A DNA stretch of 62,966 bases, filler included, from Welwitschia mirabilis (taxonomy: Eukaryota), in assembly GCA_051453625.1 (NCBI GenBank). It is 5 parts of one record of this genome, joined end to end, with 100 filler letters (N's around TTAATTAATTAA, not from the genome) between each part and the next. Parts side by side here need not be neighbours in the genome. Positions count along the whole stretch, not along the records: positions 1 to 23,430 come from JBOZIK010000001.1; positions 23,531 to 39,180 come from JBOZIK010000001.1; 3 more parts are not named here. One strand, written 5' to 3'. Each line of letters starts with the position of its first letter. Position 1 is the first letter of the stretch. The notes under the pieces are model-generated. The model worked only from the letters and a program-made list of their open reading frames with translations. It was not told where the DNA came from and did no database searches. Both the position numbers and the translations under genes were made by a program. Of this stretch, positions 13,860 through 27,909 are shown piece after piece.

Positions 13860-16800
13860 CAAAGGATCAACATGAAAAATCATAAAGAACATCATCTAGT
13901 CAAAATGTTAATAGAAAGTTAGGTTTTATTAATAAAATAATATGAGTGAAAATGAAAGTAATAATATGGAAACTACTAAATGATAAGGTCCTAAAAATGA
14001 TGATAAAAAAGTAAAAAAATGATATTAAAGTAATAAACCAAATAACCAAAGATAAATATGGTAAAAATGGATAGCTAGAAACATGAAGAAGATAGCATAC
14101 CTATCCTAAATTATAACCTAGCAAACCCTCTTAGAAGACATTATAAATCTACTTAAATAAAGATGCATGAAAAAATGTATCAACTCCATAAATTTCCTCT
14201 CAATAAGGTAGTGATTATAATAATAGCAAAGACTAAGTACTCTAAATAATAAATGATAAGACCAAAAGTTGCTTAAAAATAAACTCAATTGCTTACACAC
14301 CAAAATAAACATGAATTCTTAAAAGTGAAATGATCATATGGGAATACTAAGAGTGTAGAAAATAAATAATTCCTTTAACGATACTAGGAGAATCACTCAT
14401 TCTATAGTCTTAAATTTTTATTGCTACTTTCCATGATGAAGGAAGTGCAGTCATAGTTAAAGACGTAAGAACTCATGAAGCATGGCCAACTGATCCCCTA
14501 GTAGAATTCCCATAGTTACCAATACTACCAAAGGTTCTTCTTAAAAAAATTTACCCTAGTATAGTAAGAAATTATGATAACCATGTATTTTAGCATAGAT
14601 ACAATTATGGTTATTATTCTCTCTTTTTTTCTTTCCACAAATAACTTCCACATAATCACACACTTAAAAAGATGAAGGTAAAAAAGTGAAATGAAAAATA
14701 AAAAAGAACATACATAAATAACCAAAGATCTCAAATCATTGAAGAAACATAAGAACCAAGGCATCTTCCTTCAAAGTAAAGTTTATAAATTTGTAAATGT
14801 CTTAAGATTATGTGAATTTAATCTTATTATTGTAAAGTACCCAAGTACAAATACTAATCATAGAAACTTCAGAAAACAAAGACATAAGTCAAGTTAAAGA
14901 TGATAAAATTACATTATATAATTCATCAAATAAATAGGCTAAGAAAGAATTTAGACAATGGTAGGGAGGATGCCATCCTCATTGAGAGGAACCTCTAAGA
15001 CAATTGCTTTGATCATGTTTAATATTGCATCAAATTTTTTTTATTTATATATTTTTAACCTTTATTCATTTACTTTTTGAATCTTCTCAGTATCTAAGTA
15101 GAAAATCTTAATGAAGCCATTAGAATGTACTTTCTCTATAAGATAAAGACTTAACCATTTAAAAGTTAACTTGCTATGTAAAAGATTCACTTTAGTGTTA
15201 TATATGAAACAACAAGTTGACCAAGTTTAAACTTTTTATAAAGTAAATTTCTATCATATTTGAACCTACCTTAGGCTTTGTAAATCAGTTCATGATGTAT
15301 GGTATGTGTATATTTTCTATCTAAGTAATTAATTTAGGCTAATCTATTTTTAAGATTTTCATGAACATCTATAAGATTAAGAATGAAGAAAAAATGTGGA
15401 AAAAGAATTTCAGCTATACTTTTATCATATTATCCTCCAGTCGCATTATCTGAATAATAGCCCTAGGATGACTATAAAAAAATCATAGACTATTACCCAT
15501 ATTATTATCTAAATGATTAGGTAAATGATAAGACTTTCAAAAGTCTTAAAAAAATGAAAATATTAGCTAAATAAGTTAGGCTCAGATATCAGCATAAAAG
15601 TATTAGAATTTATCAAAAAACCTAAAATATTGAAAATGATGAAGAAACAGAATGAATAAGGATCTGAATAAGGAAAACATTAAAGAATTAAAAGATAAGA
15701 TAATGAAAATACACTCATTAGGACGAATAATGACAAATAAAACTAAACAAATGCACTTGAACTAAAAAATAATCATAAAAATATGTAGGATTTAAAAGAT
15801 TTAAAGGAATAGCATGAGAAATCATAAAGAACATCATCTAGTCAAAATGTTAATAGAAAGTTAGATTTTTTGATAGAATAATATGAGTGAAAATAAAAAT
15901 AACAACAAGGAAACTACTAAATAATAAGATCCTAAAAATGATGATAAAAAGTACAAAAATGACTTTAAAATAACAAACCAGGTAACCAAAAATAAATAGA
16001 ATAAAAACAAATAACTAGAAACATGAAGAAGATAGCATATCTACCCTAAATTATAACCTAGCAAACCCTCTTAGAAGACATCATAAATATACTTAATTAA
16101 AGATGCATAATAAAATGTATCAAATCCATAAAATTCCTCTCAATAAGGTAGTGATTATGATGATACCAAATACTAATTACTCAAAATAATGAATGATAAG
16201 ACTAAAGGATACTTAGAAATGAACTCACTTGCTCACACCCCAAAACACATATGAACTCTTAAAAGTGAAATGATCATGTGGGAATACTAAGAGTTTAGGA
16301 AATAAGTAACTCCTTTAATTATGTTAAGAGCATCACTAATCCCACAGCCTTAAAGTTTTATTACTGCTTTCTATGATGAGGGGAGTGCAATCATAGTCAA
16401 AGAAGTAACGATCCATGAAGCATGTCCAAATGATTCCCTAGAATTTTCATAGTTAAAAATACAAATAAAGATTATTATTATAAACATTTACCCTAAGGTA
16501 CTAAAAAATTATGATAACCATGTATTTTATCATAGATATAATAAATCATGGTCATCATTCTCTCTTATTTTTTTCTTCCACAAATGACTTTCACATAATC
16601 ACATACTCAAAAAGATGAAGGTGAAGAATTAAGATGAAAAACAAAAAAAGAACAAATATAAAAAACCAAAGATCTCACATCATTGAGAAAAAAATAATAA
16701 CGAAGGCATCTTCCTTCAAAATGAAGTTCATAAATATGTGAATGTCATAGGATTATGTGAATCTAGTTTTATCACTATAAAATGACTAAGTACAAATACT

Positions 16801-17320
16801 AGTCATAGAAACTTCATAAAGTAAATACATAAGTCAAGTTAAAGATAATCAAGTAATATCATAACATCTATCAAAGGAATAGGCTAAGAGAATTTAGACA
16901 ATGGTAGGAAAGAAGTCCTCCTTATTGAGAATAACCTCTAAGATAATTGCTTCTATCATGTTCAAGGTTACATCAAAAGGTTTTTTCTATATATTTTTAA
17001 CCTTTGTTTATTAAACTTTCTAAATCTTCTTAATGTCTAAGTAAAAACTATCAATGAAACCATTAGAATGTACTTTCTCTATATAATAAGGACCTAACCA
17101 TTTAGAGGTCAACTTCTTATGTAAAATATGCACTCTAGTATTATATAAAAGAATAAGTTAACCAGGTTCAAACTTTTTATAAAGTAACTTTTTGTCATGT
17201 TTGAACTTAGCTTGGCTTTATGAATGAGTTCATTATGTATGATACATGTACATTTGTCATCTAAGTAATTAAGTTAGGCTAATCTATTTTTAAGATTTTA
17301 ATAAAGATCTGTAGGATTAA
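13860..17320 (-). repeat. Internal direct duplication in element B (~1.5 kb units: ~13860-15370 and ~15800-17320)
   Basis: AATCATAAAGAACATCATCTAGTCAAAATGTTAATAGAAAGTT occurs at ~13878 and ~15820. Colinearity continues through the integrase tail. Confidence 0.9.
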
Positions 17321-20300
17321 GTTTATGAGAAGAATGATAAGAGTTATAACAAACATTAATTGATAAAATACAAACTTTTTCATGCACAAATTCATAAGGT
17401 GAAAAACCAAGAAAATTATGCTATGTAGTATGATAAGCCCAAAGAACATTGCTATGTCTAGAAGCCCAACATTTCTTATTAATGGAGATAAGTTTTTAAA
17501 GAATTTTCTTTATTTCTCTATTTGCATTTTTAGCTTAATCATTGGTTTGTAGATGATAAGCACAAGATACTCTATGTTTAATTCCAATAGAAAAAAGAAG
17601 TCTTATAAAAATATGAATCATAAAATAACTTATTTAATCACTAATAATAATTCTAGAAAAACTAAAACATTGAAAAATATAAGTTATAACAAAATTGCAA
17701 ATAGTTTGAACATCATTTGTAAAATTATAAATAGATTTAATTAATTTAATAGCATAATCAATAGCCACTAAAATGTAATACTTATTATTAGACGGTGTTT
17801 TAATAGCACTTATAAATTTAACTCTATAAGAATCAAAAGGTTCACATTCAAAAATAGGTTTAAGAATCATATCATAAGAATGAATAAGGCTATCATAACA
17901 TTGATAAGCATCATACCTTCTGGAAAAAGCAAAATAGTCTTAAAAAAGCCTAGATCAATATAAATCATAGTAAAATATTTTAATTATTATTTTTTATTTA
18001 CTAAAATAACCTCCACAAATTCCACCATGGAAAAGATAAAGGATGTCTATTTTTTCTCATTTAGACATGCATTTTATCATGATTTAATCTTTGCACCTAA
18101 GGTAAAGTAATGACTCTATCCATGCATAATCACCAATTCTATGAAGAAAATATTTTTTTTATTATGACTTTAATGTTATGGTGTTTTCATGATAATAGGA
18201 TAATTAACTATATTAGAAAATCAAGGAGAAGGATGAGTAAAAGATATGAGAAAATGTTATTCATCTAGAAAAGAATAATCAATTATAAGATCATCAAGAG
18301 AATAAGAAAGACATGACAAATGATCTATTACATTTTTTATGTATTCTTGCTTTATTAATAATGGTAAGATTAAATTCTTGCATAAGAAGGATCTATCTAA
18401 TGAGTCTAGCAATAGAATCTTTCTTGGTTATGAGGTATCTAATAGCTATATGATTGCTATAAATATTTGTATAAAAGCTTCAGAGATAGTATCTAAGATT
18501 ATCGAGGTAAAATAATATGGATAATATTTATTTCTTAGTGGTCATATAATTATATTGAGCTTTAGATAAAGTTTTGCTATGATAAAATAGAATTTTAAAA
18601 TCGTTTTCATATTTTTATCCAAGAGGCCTATCCACAATAATATTGCTAGCATCACATATTAATTTAAAATCTTTATTCAAATTAGGTCCTATTACAATAG
18701 GTGTAAAAGAGATTTTTTCTTTAAGTATTTTAAAAGCAAGTTGACAAGATTTATTTCATTTAAATTTTACTTCTTTTTCAAGTAATGAGTGAAGGGTTTA
18801 TAAATTTTAGGATAATCTTGAATAAAACAATGATAAAAACTAGAATGACTAAGGAAAGACCAAACTTGTTTTACATTAGTTGGACGAGTTAGGTTTTTAA
18901 TGATACTTAATTTTTTAGGATCCATTCTAATTTCTTTGTTCGAGATGTAATAACCTAAGACAATTCCATTATCAACTAGAGAAAAAAAAAACTCTTCTTC
19001 TAACTCAAATGTAGACCACTCTCAATACATCTATCAAGGAATTTCTCTAATCTTTCTAAGATTTGTTAAACATTTTCACCAAAGATTGATAATTTATCCA
19101 TAAAAATTTTAATTGAATCCTCTAAAATGTTAGAAAAGATGCCCATAATTGCACATTAAAAAGTACTAAGGGCATTAAAAATCCCAAAAGATATGCATCT
19201 AAAGGCAAATATTTTAAAAGGGGANNNNNNNNNNNNNNNNNNNNNNNNNNNNNNNNNNNNNNNNNNNNNNNNNNNNNNNNNNNNNNNNNNNNNNNNNNNN
19301 NNNNNNNNNNNNNNNNNNNNNNNNAAAGTCAAATATTTTAAAAGGGGAAGTAAAAGTTCTTTTTATATAATCCTTACTAACTATGTAGACCTAATTGTAA
19401 CCACTATAATCATCAAAAAATTAGTAAAAGGCATATTCTTAGATTCTATCAAGTATTTGGTCAAAAAAAAGGTAAAGGATAATGGTATTTTTTTGTTACT
19501 TCATCTATCTTTCTAAAATTAATACACATTATTCACTTTACATCTTTCTTAAGTACTACTATCAAAGGGTTAATCCACTCACTATTAGATATGGAATAAT
19601 GATTTCATCTTTTATGACTTGTTTAAGGGCTATATTTAGTCTACATTGGGGTTTCCTAAAAGGTTTTGCATTATCCTTAAGGTAGATTTTATGTTGAATA
19701 ATAGATATAGGAATGGATTTTAAATCTTTGTGGGTCTAAGTAAATGCATTAAGTTTAGAATTCAAAAGTGAGATTAAAATTTATTCTTGTTAAGAAAAAA
19801 GACTATCATTTATTATTAAAGCTTTATTTTATTATCACATAGAAAAATATATTCCATTCTATGGGATAAAGGTTTCAAACTTGAATTCAAATTTTTAGTT
19901 TCTATTAATTTTTTCTTAGAGTTCATTGTCATCTCTAATCATTGTCTAAACAACAAGGGTGGATGACCTCCCTGAAAATATGGAATCTTAGTTATTTTTA
20001 GATTTTTGACTTTTTCATAGATTAGAATTTTAATTTCTCCATTCCCATAATCAAAATATATAGTTCCTAAATGCTCATAGTTTAGTTCATTATCATTAAA
20101 AGATTTCAAATTTTCTACTTTAAGTGAATCATCATATAAGATAGGATTATGAAGTATTAACCATATTTATTTAAGTGGCTGATGCCATAAAAATAATGCT
20201 AGCTTAATTTTTACTTTAACATTTAACTCATCACCTAGGTCGTTTGTAGTGGAATCGAAAACTTTAATGGTAAACTTGTATTTCCTAAGTGGCATTCATT

Positions 20301-22620
20301 TCAGTTCTTATATCAATAATAAAATGGATTATTGCATAAATGACTTTACTTAAAAGTACTGGATAACCTCAATTATGCTATACTTTAATCATAAGAATAT
20401 CTATTAGATAAAATTATTTCTTAATTTGAATCATCAAATCTTTTATTACTCATAGAGATTTCTTCACTGATGTATTTGACAATTCTAAGATAAATTTCTA
20501 AATCATATCATTTATAAATGTCTAAAGAAATAATGTTAATACTTATCCCTATATTGATCAAGGCTTTTTTATTTCCTTCTAATGTAATACTAACTATTGT
20601 TGCACCAAGATCCTTAAATTTTAGACATTTTTACAAAACTAAGTTGATTATAAATTAGGCTAGAAAGAACTTACAAGGCATAGTTCATTTTTATTTCCTT
20701 TTAATTAAGTCTTTCAACAATTTAAAATATTTATATTTTCTTACAAGATTTTTAAAAATGGTAAATTTATGTTCACATCTTTTATTTAGGATTTAAGATA
20801 ACCATCAAAGTAGGATTCATATTTAATGTATCAAGCCAACTAGTAGTATGTTTTTTTCCTTTGTCTTATGAAGAATTATTCTTACTAAAATTATCACTTA
20901 AATGAGAAGAGAAGTTATGATTTTATAAGATTTCAATATTCTCTTCTTCTTCTTCTCATCTTTTTTATCATTTTTAGAAGTTGAAGTCTCATATATAGGA
21001 GATGTTATTCCATTTGCACTTCTTATCATAACCTTATAATCTTTTCTTACTTTATTAAGCTTTGGTAAAAGTTATATTGCAAGTGATCTTTGATTTATAA
21101 TCATAGTTTATAGAAGAATGTTTGCTGGATTTTCAACGTTTGACTTTAAATTCTCTTAAGATTTTCATAGTTTATCAATAGAATTTCTAGGTGAATCATT
21201 TTAATTTTGAGAATTTGATGTACTTGCTTAATAGAAGTGAGGGCTATTTTTTTAAAAGTTTGTATTCTTAAATCTATTTTTAAAGGGCTAAAAATTTGAA
21301 TGTTTTATTTAAAAGTTTTTAAATTTATTCTCAAAAGATTAAAAGTTATATTGTCCATTCATTCTAGTTGAAATTGATTTTAATTTTAATTTTGATTTCT
21401 AAAGTTTGAAAACTTTTGGTTAAAATCACACACTTATTTAGAACTTTTCTCTTTGTAAGTTGTTTATAAGGGATAGTCTTTTATTACATGATAGTTATCT
21501 TTACATAGATCACAAGTTGGAACTACATTCTTTTCAATTGCTACTTTGTCATCTAAAATTATTTGAGTGTATTTTTCTAATATTATTATAAAATCTTTAA
21601 TTAAATTTGTTGGATCTTTTTCTATTTTTACTTTCTCCTTCTTTTGTTTTACTTATTTAAAATATTTTATGATTTGTTCTATAATAAAATTTTCTTTAGT
21701 ATTAGTTTAGGCCATATTTGACTAGCTTCTACTAGTTTTGCCAATGACCTTCATGCATTTTCTAAAGAGAAGTTAATTAAATTTACCCCACATGAAAAAT
21801 ATATAAGTTGTTTCATTTAGCTATTAAGTTCACTATAAAAGTAATCTATTAATTCTTCTTATGTAAAGGCATCAATGTGATTAAAATAAATTGTAATAAA
21901 AAATCATTCATAAATAATGGCATAATTTTCATTAGGTTGTTGTTGGAAATTTATCACTTTTTTCTTTATTTTTCTTATTGTCATTTTGCTCATAAATCAT
22001 TTTATAAAGCCTTCTTAAACTTGAATTCATGTTTTTAAGCTTTTATATGAAATATTCTTAACCATAATTTTATTTTTACTTTTAATGTGATGAGAAAGAT
22101 AATCAACTAATTATAATTACTAATTTATTTTTTATTATTTCTAGAAATAAGAACTAAGTGTTTGATGTCTACTATATGTTGAAGGGGATCTTCATCATTT
22201 TCTCCATTCAAAATAAGATATTCATTTAGATCTCTTAACTTGACATCATCATCAAAATTTAGGTCAAAAGGATTTTGGATTTCATGCATTTTATTTGTAG
22301 TTACTTCTTTAAGAGTGAAATTAGAATTTGAATTAATGGGTGTAGTATAGGTTCATATCATGATAGGAAAATTAGGTAAAGCTACTTATTTCTATTTTTA
22401 CATAGAATTCAACATTGTAATAAAATGATTTTCTTCTAAGCTTTCTTTTAAAAGATTTTCTTTGAAAAAATTATCTTCAAAAATAATAAATGTATAAGAA
22501 TCTTTTTGCTCAATTCTTGAGATTTTTTTGTGTACCTAAGGTGGGTGTACATGAGTCTAGTTTATAGTTGATTAAAACTTCTCAGATGTTTTCTTTTATT
22601 AGTAGCCACTTTCTTTAATA
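16930..22620 (-). pseudogene. Disrupted gag-pol of element B
   Basis: Protease KALINIGISINI (~20550). RT WINPLIVVLKKDVK*IMCINFRK..YHYPLP (~19480-19590) and IFMDK (~19100). Integrase ORF 17634-17870 (NKYYILVAIDYAIK). Confidence 0.9.
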
Positions 22621-23430
22621 CTTTACCTTTTTACTAGGGTTTATTATATCTGAGCATACTTAGTTCTATTTCTAAAAACATTGTCTTGGTGATCATCTAG
22701 ATGATGTACCTAGATGATAGTAAATACAAAGACCTAAAAATGAAAGACACAGAAAACAGAGTTATAAAATAACATAAAATAAAAATTAATAGTCATCCTC
22801 TACATCATCTAGATGATAGAGGAGATGATGAAAAAACCATAGATTTTATAAAAATAAAAATTCCTAGTTTTATGGGCCACTATTATTATGCATCATCTCA
22901 ATGATATGGAAGATGATAAAGAATTATTTTTGTAACGCAAATCAGAAAATACAGGAAAAAAACCTACAGTTCTATTATAAAGAGATAACAGTACTACAAA
23001 TAAATACCTGAACTGAAATCCAAAACACTTATCTGAAAAACGATAATTCTCAAATTTCAGTCAATGTTCTCTAGTAATTTTCAAATGCAATGTTACATCC
23101 TTAGTTAAATTTTGTTAATCATAGATATATGCATAAACATAATATACTAATATAGATATGAGTAAAACAAATATTGTAATTCTATTGAAGGCACAAATAA
23201 GAAGAAAGAGATATGATTTCAAAAAAAATACTTATACATCAAATAAACAAGTCTAAGTTAATACACTTATGCAATTAAGATGTAAAACTATTCTAAATGT
23301 AATATCTATTCGATTACCAAATTAATCTATCATGGAGATTAGCCTTATATAATCTAAATCAATTAAAAAAATCCATCACTAAACCAAGACCAACATAAGG
23401 TATCAGATGCATTAAACAAAATATTAAAAT

Positions 23431-23530
23431 NNNNNNNNNNNNNNNNNNNNNNNNNNNNNNNNNNNNNNNNNNNNTTAATTAATTAANNNNNNNNNNNNNN
23501 NNNNNNNNNNNNNNNNNNNNNNNNNNNNNN
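23431..23530. other. Artificial scaffold spacer N44-TTAATTAATTAA-N44
   Basis: Identical 100-nt constructs also occur at 39181-39280, 46787-46886 and 55053-55152. The motif gives stops in all six frames. Confidence 0.95.
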
Positions 23531-25588
23531 TTTATTTTACCTATTTATGTGTGTTATAACTCTTATTGTTATTCTTATTAACTTAATATTATAGATTTTT
23601 ATGAGAATCTAAAAAATATATTAGCTCAACTTAATCATCTAGATGAAAAATTTACTCATGCTACACATCATTAACTAATTCAAAAAGCCCAAGCTAAGTT
23701 CAAACATGATCGAAAATTACTTCATAAAAAGTTTAAACTAGGTTAACTTATCCTTTTATATAAGACTAAAATACATTTTTTATATAACAAGTTGACCTCT
23801 AAATGATTAGGTGCCTATCTTATAGAGAAAATACATTCAAATGACTCTATTAATATTTTTGATTTAGAGAGTTAATAGACAAAGGTTAAAAATATATTAA
23901 AAACCTTTCATTATAACATTGAATATGGTGGAAGTAATTATTTTGGAGGTCCCCCTCAATAAGGAGAACTTCCACCCTATAATTATTTGAATTCTCTCTT
24001 ATATTTTTTCTTTGGTAGATGTTATGATGTTATTTGATCATCTTTAAAACTTCACTTATGTGTCTACTTTATGACATTTCCATGACTAGTATTCATACTT
24101 GGGTATCTTTATAGTGATAAGATTGGATTCATCAAATCTTAAGATATTAACATCTTTATAAACTTTATTTTGAAAGAAGATGTCTTATTTATTATGTTTT
24201 TTTTTTTTTTTTAATGGTGAGAGTCCTTGGGTTATTTAGGTGTGTTATTTTCTATCTTTCATTTCACTTATTCACCTTTGTATTCTTGAGTGTGTGATCA
24301 TGTGGGAATCATTTATTTAAAAAAAAGCAAATAATAATTATAATCTATTGTATCTATGGTAAAATACATGGTTATCATTATGTACTAACACAGTTGAGTA
24401 AATGTTTTAGAAAATAACCTTTGGTAGTATTGGTAGTTATGGAAACTTCGCTGGGGAGTTAGTTGGTCATGCTTCATGGACCCTTACTTCTCAAACTATA
24501 GCTACACTTCCCTCATTATAAAAAGTAGTAATAAAGCTTTAAGATTATGGAATTAATGGTATTTTTGGTGTTACTAGAGGCATGCTTATTTTCTATACTC
24601 TTAGTATTCCTATATAATCACTTCACTTTTAAGGATTCGGGTGTGCTTTGAGGTGTAGTGAGTTCATTTTTGAGTATCTTTTGATCTTATCATTTATTAT
24701 TCTAAGAATTTAATATTTAGTATCATCATTATCATTGCCTTATTGAATAGAATTTTATAGAGTTGATACATTTTGTCATGCGTTTTTATTTAGGTAACTT
24801 TATGATGTCTTCGAAGGATATTTTCTAGGTTAGAATTTAAGGTAGATAAGCTATTTTATTCATGTTTCTTATCTCAATTTTCATTATGCTTTTCTTTGAT
24901 TTACTAGTTTGTTATTTCAAAGTCATTTTCATACTTTTTCATTCACATTTGGAAACTTATCATTCAATAGTTTCCTTATTGTTATTCATGTCATTTCTTG
25001 CCATAACAAGTTGATTTTATTTTAGCATTTTAATTAGACAATCATATCTTGTTCTCCATAATTTTTATGTGTTTCCTTTAAGTCTTTTGAAGTTCTATAT
25101 ATTTCTAGAATTATTTATTAATTTAGGCACATTTTTTTAGTTTTTTTAATAGCTTTCATCCTACTTAGTGCATTTTTTATTATCTTATCTTTTGATTTGT
25201 TTAAGATTTTCTCATCATCCTCATCTATGATGACTCTTTATCATTCCTAATTTTTCAAGATTTTTGATACATTTTGATACCTCCATGATGATATTTGAGC
25301 CTAACTTACTTATCAAACATCTTAACTTTTCTAAACTTTTTCAAATTCCTTTCATCCACCTTGTCATCTAGATGACATTGGAGGAAGACATTAGGATTTT
25401 TTTTTTGATAGTTATCTAGATGACCTAACTAGATGATAGTATGATAAAACCATAACTTGACTTATTTTTCTTTATTTTTCTTTCATTCTTTATTTTTTTT
25501 CATTCTTTGTTATTTTTACCCATTCTCTTAAGAGACAATAGTACCCATAGTCCCTACAAATATTTCAAAACTTGTCCGAGTTAGATTC

Positions 25589-27300
25589 ATGCCTCAAATT
25601 GTCAGNNNNNNNNNNNNNNNNNNNNNNGAGATATATATATATTTCTCTCCCTTAATTTTTTCACACTTTTGTCTCTTGTTTTTCAGCCTTTTAGTATGTA
25701 GTTTTTATGTGTATTATCCAATTTTGTGTGCTCTTTTATTTGGAACTTATGGATCTAGTTTTCATCATGACTTGTGTGTTTTATGAGGTAGAATTAAGTT
25801 TTTAGATTTAAATCTCATTTTCTTAAAAACATTAAATTAAAACATAATGATACTTTAGGGAAAATTGATTAATGTGATGCACTCTATGTTTCAAGTAGAT
25901 TAGATTTTTTATTTGAGCATTTTCATTTTTCATTTTATTTAGGGCCCATGTAATTTACATGTTTCAACTTTTTCACATGTTTCATGTTTTTCTTCATATT
26001 ACTCAATAATATGAGACATATTAACACTTTTGAGAAGGGGTCTAGACATATTTTATAATTATTAAATATTAAAAATCAATTTATGGTGTTGTTTTGAGTT
26101 CCCATGTGACACATCTTAGAGATTTACACTTAACTTTGCATGACATTTTATGCATTTATGACTGAGTAAACCATGCACATGTAAAGCTAGATAGTTCAAG
26201 CTAGAGGCCAAGGCTTTTAAGTAGGATATGGATATATTAACATCATCAAAGGTCAAGCACATAGAGCTAGTTCATCCTCCACCTTGATATGCTAGATCAT
26301 TGACTATTTAAACCATAATAATTCATGTTGAAATGGTGATTCATGAGTCATGTAGAGCCTAATGTGGACTAGAAATTGATAGATTTTTATAGCTCTAGCG
26401 GATATTATATGCATAGGGGAATATTATGTATTAGAGACTAGGGAGTTCTATCAGATGATGTACATTTAGCAACATTCTGATACTCATGGTCAACTTTGTG
26501 GATATAGTAGTAGCTATAATTTGAGGCTACAAGATTGCTATCCTTCTGAACCACATCACTGCAATGACTAATCTTGATGGTGTCAAGAGTATACACATAC
26601 ATTTATCTAATGGCACAAAGGAGTGTCATGCTTATAGTGGGTTCTTGATATACTAGCAGATATGACTTTGGATAGGTAGGGCATTTTAGTTATATAATTG
26701 ACACCTATTTATTAGATTTTTCATAGAGGACTGATTTATAACATTAGCTCATTCTTTCATAATAGTTATGCTATGATAGTGCATCTATAGATATTGGTAG
26801 TGTTTAGGTAGGATAAGCAAATGGACTTACCCATGTTCATTTGAAGGAGAATTAAGATGATGGTAGAGGCATGTCAGCTTTAGACTGTAGGATATCCATG
26901 CCTCCTCTCAGTGATGTTTAGATATTTTAGCATACTAGAGCCTATATGCAAGTAGAGATTCATGCATATATAAACTTTATATCATTACCTATAGGACATG
27001 GATATATAAATACCAAAAGAGATAGAGGAACCTTAGGTTCATAGACCTATGATTGATACTTTTATAAAGAAAATTTAGGTCCTCTTAATGGAGACTTCCA
27101 AGACCATCAAAGGAATTATAGACTAAGGAATCTCTATGTTAGAGTAAAGGATACAGATAATTGAGAGGAAAAAATAGTGCATCGAGGAGTATCTAGTGGA
27201 TGTGTGAGAGTACATCTTATGGATAGAGCATGATGTAATGGTAGATCTTCTAGAGACATTTAGAGTATACGAAGATAAGAAGGCTTGTATAATTATAACA
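25589..27300 (+). pseudogene. Decayed accessory ORF of element C
   Basis: Frame reads NMRHINTFEKGSRHIL*LLNIKNQFMVLF*VPM*HILEIYT*LCMTFYAFMTE*TMHM*S*IVQARGQGF*VG. Homologous to 9030-10790. Confidence 0.5.
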
Positions 27301-27909
27301 TCACTTAAGCACCAGTTCCCTATAGATCTTGAACATTCTTCTTCTTCTCCTCTTGCACCTGAGCCTACTATCCACTAAGAATCTATTATGATTAGATGAT
27401 AAAAGTGACTTTATATTGTTATATTTTTGTATCTTCCTCTCCATGTATTGTGTAAAATGCATGACATATACATAAACACATTATTTTTTAAACATGATCA
27501 TGATGTATATTTCCGTTTTCACATATCATTTTTAACACTTTATGATGAGGATTATTTATGCAGACATGATTATTTTTTATCTAGTATACAATAGAGGGAG
27601 GCTATTAATTACTAGTGTATTTAGTACTATCTTTCTAAAAAATGATTCACAGGATTTTATTTTTCAAGAATAATTTTTCAGCCTATCATCCCCTCTATCA
27701 TTCAGATGACCACTAGAATGATAGTATGATGAGTTACATTACACTAGTGAAATGTTCAGTTATCTACTTTTGACTTTTCTATACAGCATTCTAGGACTTC
27801 TAAAAATCTTTTTAAGTTTATTTCATAATTATTTAGTTGATTTATTATTAGTCAATTTGGCTTACAATTATGATTATTTAGCAAGTTTTATTAGGGATCG
27901 ATAAGGCTA

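Larger units (their letters stand above)
12654..23430 (-). mobile_element. Element B: degenerate Athila-like retrotransposon, same family as A, inverted
   Basis: Partial 3' LTR (12654-13041), PPT AAGTGGGAGGGA (~13045-13056), rearranged 3' region, gag-pol remnant, leader and partial 5' LTR (~23080-23430). Confidence 0.9.

Noticed and set aside
23475..23486. TTAATTAATTAA palindrome repeated four times in the window
   Set aside because: Always centred in exactly 44+44 Ns. It is an artificial six-frame-stop spacer, not biology.
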